Source: Bacteroidales bacterium
GTDB lineage: Bacteria; Bacteroidota; Bacteroidia; Bacteroidales; PWNQ01
DNA length: 48,761 nt
NCBI GenBank assembly: GCA_003557725.1
Contig: PWNQ01000066.1
Coordinates: 1-48,761 of the forward strand
Reading direction: 5' to 3'
Shown here: positions 44,466-48,761 of the stretch, one piece after another
How the letters are laid out: each line of letters opens with the position of its first letter
Position numbering within the stretch: position 1 is the stretch's first letter
The notes under the pieces: model-generated
Told to the model about the DNA's origin: nothing
Database searches by the model: none
What the model saw: the letters and a program-made list of their open reading frames with translations, nothing else
Translations under genes and position numbers: made by a program

Positions 44466-45224
44466 ATGGAAAAGAAACAAAGAATAAAGGTTTTATTGGC
44501 TGAAAGTGTTCAAATGGTGGAGATAGATGTGCAAAACCGGTTGCGTGAGATGGGGTTTGAAGTGACAGCCATTGTTCACTCTACCTACGAATTATTTAAA
44601 GCGGTCAGTGAGCGATCACCGGATGTAGTGTTAACAGATATTCATCTGGAAAGAGCGAAAGTAGGAATTAAAGTGGCTGAAACCCTGCAGGAAAAACATG
44701 ATATTCCGGTTATTTTTCTCTCCGGGGAAAGCAATTATGAGATAATACAGGAAGCGGTGGAGATGGATGTATATGGGTTTGTTTCCAAACCTTTCGACCA
44801 GGCTCACCTTTTTGGAAGTATACACCTGGCAGTTAATAACTTTAAAAAGAGTCAGAATAAGGAACTAACAGATTTGAAGCAACATAGAATACAAGAGAAT
44901 CATAGTAAAGATTTTATTTTTGTGCGGTCAAACTATCAATTCATTAAGATCAATCTGGACCAAATCCTCTTTGTAGAATCATTAAAAGATTATATTGGAA
45001 TCCATACCCACGACAGGAAAGTGACGGTTAACCTGTCCATGAAAAAGATTTTGAATGAGTTGCCTGAGAATGACTTTTGCCGGGTACATAAATCATTTAT
45101 TGTACGTTTGGACAAGATCAATTACCTGAAATTTCCTTCACTCTTTGTTGATGGCCGGGAAAAAGAGATACCTGTGGGAGGCCTTTACAAGGATGTTCTT
45201 TTCGAGAAAATTCGTGTTATTTGA
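44466..45224 (+). CDS. LytTR-family two-component response regulator (REC + LytTR DNA-binding domain), orphan
   Basis: The receiver has phospho-acceptor context DVVLTDIHL, IFLSGE and FVSKPF. The C-terminal LytTR domain contains ILFVESLKDYIGIHTHDRK...FCRVHKSFIVRLDKI. No histidine kinase gene lies within the window. Confidence 0.9.
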   Translation: MEKKQRIKVLLAESVQMVEIDVQNRLREMGFEVTAIVHSTYELFKAVSERSPDVVLTDIHLERAKVGIKVAETLQEKHDIPVIFLSGESNYEIIQEAVEMDVYGFVSKPFDQAHLFGSIHLAVNNFKKSQNKELTDLKQHRIQENHSKDFIFVRSNYQFIKINLDQILFVESLKDYIGIHTHDRKVTVNLSMKKILNELPENDFCRVHKSFIVRLDKINYLKFPSLFVDGREKEIPVGGLYKDVLFEKIRVI

Positions 45225-45297
45225 ACCGGGCTTAATACTGACAGCTGACAGATGCGGCTTAGCATATAATGGAACTTTAGTTAATATTTAAAGAATT

Positions 45298-45762
45298 ATG
45301 GAAAAAGCGACTTTTGGAGCCGGATGCTTTTGGGGGGTTCAGGCTGCTATTGACCGTTTGAAAGGAATTATTTCTTCTACGGCAGGTTTTATGGGTGGTG
45401 CGGTGGATAATCCATCTTATGATCAGGTTTGTACCGGAGAAACAGGGCATGCAGAGGTAGTACACTTGGTGTATGACCCCGGGGTTATCAGTTACCCGGA
45501 GTTGTTGGATACTTTTTGGGATATCCATAACCCCACACTGCTGAACCAGCAAGGGGCGGACACAGGCAGTCAATACCGTTCAGTTATTTTTTATCATAAC
45601 GGGAAACAGAAGGAAATGGCTTTGGAATCAATGAAAAGGGAGCAGGCTTCCGGGCGTCATGAGGGAAAAATTGCCACTGCTGTGGAACGGGCCGGAACAT
45701 TTTATCCTGCCGGCGAAGAGCACCAGAAATATTTACAAAGGAAGAATCTGGGCAGGTATTGA
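45298..45762 (+). CDS. msrA: Peptide-methionine (S)-S-oxide reductase MsrA
   Basis: ATFGAGCFWGV catalytic motif, GHAEVV, and GADTGSQYRS. Confidence 0.95.
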   Translation: MEKATFGAGCFWGVQAAIDRLKGIISSTAGFMGGAVDNPSYDQVCTGETGHAEVVHLVYDPGVISYPELLDTFWDIHNPTLLNQQGADTGSQYRSVIFYHNGKQKEMALESMKREQASGRHEGKIATAVERAGTFYPAGEEHQKYLQRKNLGRY

Positions 45763-45771
45763 TGGGTTTAT

Positions 45772-47928
45772 TTATTCGGAAAGAACAAATTCCATTTGTT
45801 TTTTGGATAGGTCCACCTTTTTAACCTCCACATTTACAATGTCTCCCAGCTGATAAACTTGTTTATGTTTGTGTCCCACCACGCGATAGTTATCTTCATC
45901 CAGGAAGTAGTAGTCGTCCTTCATACTTTGCAGGGGGACCATCCCTTCGCAGTGGTTTTCCAGTAGTTCCACAAATATTCCCCATTTGCTCACCCCGGTA
46001 ATTGTTCCAACAAACCCCTGCCCTATTTTATCTTCCAGAAATTCCACCTGCTTAAACTTAATAGATTCCCGTTCTGCTTCTGTTGCGCGGCGTTCCATCA
46101 GGGAGGTGTGCTGGCACATTTCCTCATATTCGGTGGCGTTCATACTGCTGCCATTAGAAAGGTAATGAAAAAGCAAGCGGTGAACCATCAGGTCCGGATA
46201 GCGCCGAATGGGGGAGGTAAAGTGGGAATAATATTTGAAAGACAATCCGTAGTGTCCAATATTTTGGGTTGAATACTCTGCTTTGGCCATGGTTCTTACG
46301 GCGATGGTTTCAATCAGGTTTTGCTCGCTGGTTCCCTTTACTTTTTCAAAGAGGTTGTTGATGGAATTGGTGATGGATTTTCTGGATCCAATGCTCATTT
46401 TATACCCTAATTGTTGCACAAAGTCGGCCATATTGGCCAGTTTTTCCGGGTTGGGTTCATCGTGGATGCGGTAAATAAATGTTTTTGGTTTTTCTTTTTT
46501 TTCTGGCCGGGCAATATGTTCAGCCACTTTTCTATTAGCCAGCAACATAAATTCTTCAACCAGGTGGTTAGCTTCTTTTTGTTCCTTAATAAAGGCTTTA
46601 ATCGGCTTTTTATTCTCGTCCAGTTCAAAGCGGACCTCTGTGGAGTGAAAAGCCAGCGAGCCATTTTCAAATCGGGTGCTTCGCAAGATCTTAGCCAGCT
46701 CATTAAGTTTGAGTATTTCCTCTTTATACTTTCCTTTTCCTGTTTCAATAGTTTCCTGGACCTGTTCGTAGGTAAATCGCTCGTTTGAGCTAATAATGGT
46801 CTTCCCAAACCACTTATCCAAAACCTTTGCCTGGTTATCTATTTGAAAAACAGCTGAAAAAGTTAGTTTTTCCTCCCGGGGGCGCAAGGAACATACCATG
46901 TTGGACAACTTTTCCGGTAGCATGGGGATTACTCTGTCGGCAAGATATACGGATGTCCCCCGGCGGTATGCTTCATGGTCAAGGGGGGAATCCGGTTCCA
47001 CATAGTGGGATACGTCTGCTATATGAATACCCACTTCCCAGGTTTCACCGGAGCGTTTTCTTATGGACAGGGCATCGTCAAAATCTTTGGCGTCTAAAGG
47101 GTCAATGGTAAAGGTGGTAATGTCCCGGAAGTCCTTTCTCCCCTTGAGGTCACCTGAGGAAAGAGTGGAAGGGATTTTTTCAGTCTCCTCAAGCACCTTT
47201 TGGGGGAACCTGAGCGGATAATCCAGGGAGGCCAGTATGGATTTCATTTCTACATCATTGTCACCAGGTTTTCCCAGCAGGTCTATCACTTTTCCAAAAG
47301 GATTTTTGGAATGTTTCGGCCATTCGGTAATGGTGGCAATGGCTTTATCCCCGTTTTCTCCTCCTTTTAATTCATTGAGGGGGATAAAAAGGTCTACAGT
47401 AATGGACGAGCTATCGGGAACAAGAAAGGCATACTTCCCGGATACCTCCAGCTTTCCTACAAACTGACGGATTCCCCGCTCCATTACTTCCATAATCTGT
47501 CCTTCCAGCTTCCTCCCTTTTCTTCGGGGAAAGAGGAAGACTTTAACGCGGTCTTTATGCAGTGCATGACCGGTATTGTTGGCGGAGATGAATACATCTT
47601 CATCCAATTCCGGGGTGATAATATACGCTTTTCCCGTTTGCTTCATGTCCACCATACCTTCTATCGTCCGGTTTTGCGAATGGGCCCCGATATAGCCTGG
47701 ATTAAGCTTGTATTTACCTCTTCGTTCCTGTTCCAGGGCCCCATCGGATACTAACTCTTGCATCAGTTGTTTTACCAGATTACGGGTAATGGGATCGTTA
47801 AAGCCCAGCCGGGAAGCGATCTGCTTGTAATTGAATTTGGAAAAGGGCTCTCCGGCAAATATATATAATACTTGTTCGGAAAGAATATTCTTTTTGCTGC
47901 CCCGGGGCCCTTTTTTTCTGTTGGTCAT
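45772..47928 (-). CDS. rnr: Ribonuclease R
   Basis: N-terminal HTH/cold-shock OB folds, an RNB catalytic domain (TIDPLDAKDFDDALS, HYGLSFKYYSHFTSPIRRYPDL) and a C-terminal S1 domain (FVGTITGVSKWGIFVEL). Confidence 0.95.
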   Translation of the reverse strand: MTNRKKGPRGSKKNILSEQVLYIFAGEPFSKFNYKQIASRLGFNDPITRNLVKQLMQELVSDGALEQERRGKYKLNPGYIGAHSQNRTIEGMVDMKQTGKAYIITPELDEDVFISANNTGHALHKDRVKVFLFPRRKGRKLEGQIMEVMERGIRQFVGKLEVSGKYAFLVPDSSSITVDLFIPLNELKGGENGDKAIATITEWPKHSKNPFGKVIDLLGKPGDNDVEMKSILASLDYPLRFPQKVLEETEKIPSTLSSGDLKGRKDFRDITTFTIDPLDAKDFDDALSIRKRSGETWEVGIHIADVSHYVEPDSPLDHEAYRRGTSVYLADRVIPMLPEKLSNMVCSLRPREEKLTFSAVFQIDNQAKVLDKWFGKTIISSNERFTYEQVQETIETGKGKYKEEILKLNELAKILRSTRFENGSLAFHSTEVRFELDENKKPIKAFIKEQKEANHLVEEFMLLANRKVAEHIARPEKKEKPKTFIYRIHDEPNPEKLANMADFVQQLGYKMSIGSRKSITNSINNLFEKVKGTSEQNLIETIAVRTMAKAEYSTQNIGHYGLSFKYYSHFTSPIRRYPDLMVHRLLFHYLSNGSSMNATEYEEMCQHTSLMERRATEAERESIKFKQVEFLEDKIGQGFVGTITGVSKWGIFVELLENHCEGMVPLQSMKDDYYFLDEDNYRVVGHKHKQVYQLGDIVNVEVKKVDLSKKQMEFVLSE

Positions 47929-48138
47929 ATAATTATTACTGTTGTTGATAAACTTATGTGAGGTGGATCATTTAATCGGCAAGGGAATGCCAAAATGAAT
48001 GGTCCTGCATTGGTAAGCAAAATTAATCAAAATATACATAAATCCAAGTTTTATTATGTGAATGGAAAATGAAGTATATGGGTTAAACATTATTAAGCTT
48101 ATTTTGTTGAATAGAGTTAAGTGTATCACAATAAAATG

Positions 48139-48146
48139 TATTTTTG
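48139..48146 (+). promoter_or_regulatory. Candidate -7 promoter box for the encapsulin operon (TATTTTTG)
   Basis: Exact TAnnTTTG match 27 nt upstream of the ATG at 48173, inside a 244-nt AT-rich spacer. Confidence 0.35.
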
Positions 48147-48172
48147 AAGCAAACCAAAAATAAATAATAATT

Positions 48173-48508
48173 ATGTCAAATTATCATGAACCTGCTGAAG
48201 AGCTTAGTAAGGAAGCACGGGATTTTTCCCGGGCTCTGAACAGCCTTAAGGAGGAAATAGAAGCTGTTGATTGGTATCACCAGCGAGTAACATTGAGCGA
48301 CAATGAGGATCTTAAGGGGATCATGGCTCATAACCGGGATGAAGAGATTGAGCACGCCTGCATGACCATTGAGTGGTTACGCCGCAATATGCCCGGTTGG
48401 GATGAAGAGTTGCGTACATATCTTTTTAAAGAGGGAGATATTGCCCATCATGATCATGACGGGGAAGATAGTTCCACGGATCTTGGAATTGGAAAAATAA
48501 AAAAATAG
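48173..48508 (+). CDS. Encapsulated ferritin-like cargo protein (EncFtn/Flp) with a C-terminal encapsulin targeting peptide
   Basis: It is a small (111 aa) helical protein. The di-iron ligand pattern is E-x-x-x...Y (EEIEAVDWYHQ) and E-E-x-E-H (RDEEIEHACM). The tail STDLGIGKIKK resembles the GGDLGIRKL-type targeting peptide of T. maritima encapsulin cargo. It sits directly upstream of the shell gene. Confidence 0.85.
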   Translation: MSNYHEPAEELSKEARDFSRALNSLKEEIEAVDWYHQRVTLSDNEDLKGIMAHNRDEEIEHACMTIEWLRRNMPGWDEELRTYLFKEGDIAHHDHDGEDSSTDLGIGKIKK

Positions 48509-48512
48509 GAGG
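48507..48512 (+). promoter_or_regulatory. Strong Shine-Dalgarno sequence (AGGAGG) for the encapsulin shell gene
   Basis: AGGAGG overlaps the EncFtn TAG stop and lies 8 nt upstream of ATG 48521. Nearly all other starts in this window lack any SD. Confidence 0.6.
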
Positions 48513-48520
48513 CAAACAGT

Positions 48521-48761
48521 ATGGATATTTTAAGAAAATCTTTGGCACCCATATCCGATCAGGCCTGGGAGGAGATATATGAAGAAGCAAGAGAGACTCT
48601 GGAGACTAATTTATCTGCCCGGAAGTTTATAGATGTGGACGGGCCTAAAGGGATGGACTTTGCAGCAGTTCCTTTGGGGGAGCTTGACCTGCCGGCCCGT
48701 CAAGGGAAAAAGGACGTTCAGTATGGCATTCACAAGCTCCTTCCGTTGGTGGAAGCTCGTA
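48521..48761 (+). CDS. Family 1 encapsulin shell protein (HK97 fold, linocin M18-like), 3'-truncated by the window edge
   Basis: The translation is MDILRKSLAPISDQAWEEIYEEARETLETNLSARKFIDVDGPKGMDFAAVPLGELDLPARQGKKDVQYGIHKLLPLVEAR. It aligns block for block with the N-terminus of T. maritima encapsulin (L-x-R-S-x-AP...QW-x-EI...ARE...RKF-x-DV-x-GP-x-G...PLGE...LPL-x-E-x-R). Confidence 0.9.
   Translation, partial: MDILRKSLAPISDQAWEEIYEEARETLETNLSARKFIDVDGPKGMDFAAVPLGELDLPARQGKKDVQYGIHKLLPLVEAR

Noticed and set aside
1-48761. Search for CRISPR arrays, IS elements/transposases, integrases, prophage genes, toxin-antitoxin pairs or known defence-system genes
   Set aside because: No regularly spaced direct repeats, terminal inverted repeats, DDE/tyrosine-recombinase motifs or nuclease/ATPase defence signatures were seen in any of the tracked ORFs or in the intergenic regions.

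Overview
The window looks like a chromosomal segment of a Bacteroidota (FCB-group) bacterium. The evidence is a 2408-aa SprA translocon, a PorZ-like protein, at least four proteins ending in T9SS C-terminal sorting domains, TAnnTTTG-type -7 promoter boxes, and almost no Shine-Dalgarno sequences. Most of the window is housekeeping: recO, malic enzyme, ruvA, lipB-lipA, yicC-gmk-nadD, pgk, ispG, rpiB, nadA, msrA, rnr and one tRNA-Ala(GGC). Four accessory patches stand out. (i) 267-5586 is a five-gene lipid-carrier-type glycosylation cluster: a GT2 translationally coupled to a sulfotransferase, a UPF0104 flippase-like protein, a GT-C/ArnT-like transferase and an FkbM methyltransferase. It is flanked by T9SS cargo genes. 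(ii) 33944-38039 is an ECF sigma factor operon. Its partner protein combines a cytoplasmic N-terminus, one TM helix and an outer-membrane beta-barrel-like C-terminus, and is tightly coupled to a PKD/T9SS cargo gene. The patch lies on the 3' side of the tRNA. (iii) 42857-45224 holds a secreted MORN/YwqK-repeat protein next to an orphan LytTR response regulator. (iv) 48173-48761 is a family-1 encapsulin operon (EncFtn cargo plus shell gene, cut by the window edge) with an AGGAGG site that is atypical for this window. I found no CRISPR array, transposase, integrase or rRNA. All functional calls come from motif and architecture recognition by eye. No database search was run, so novelty cannot be established here.
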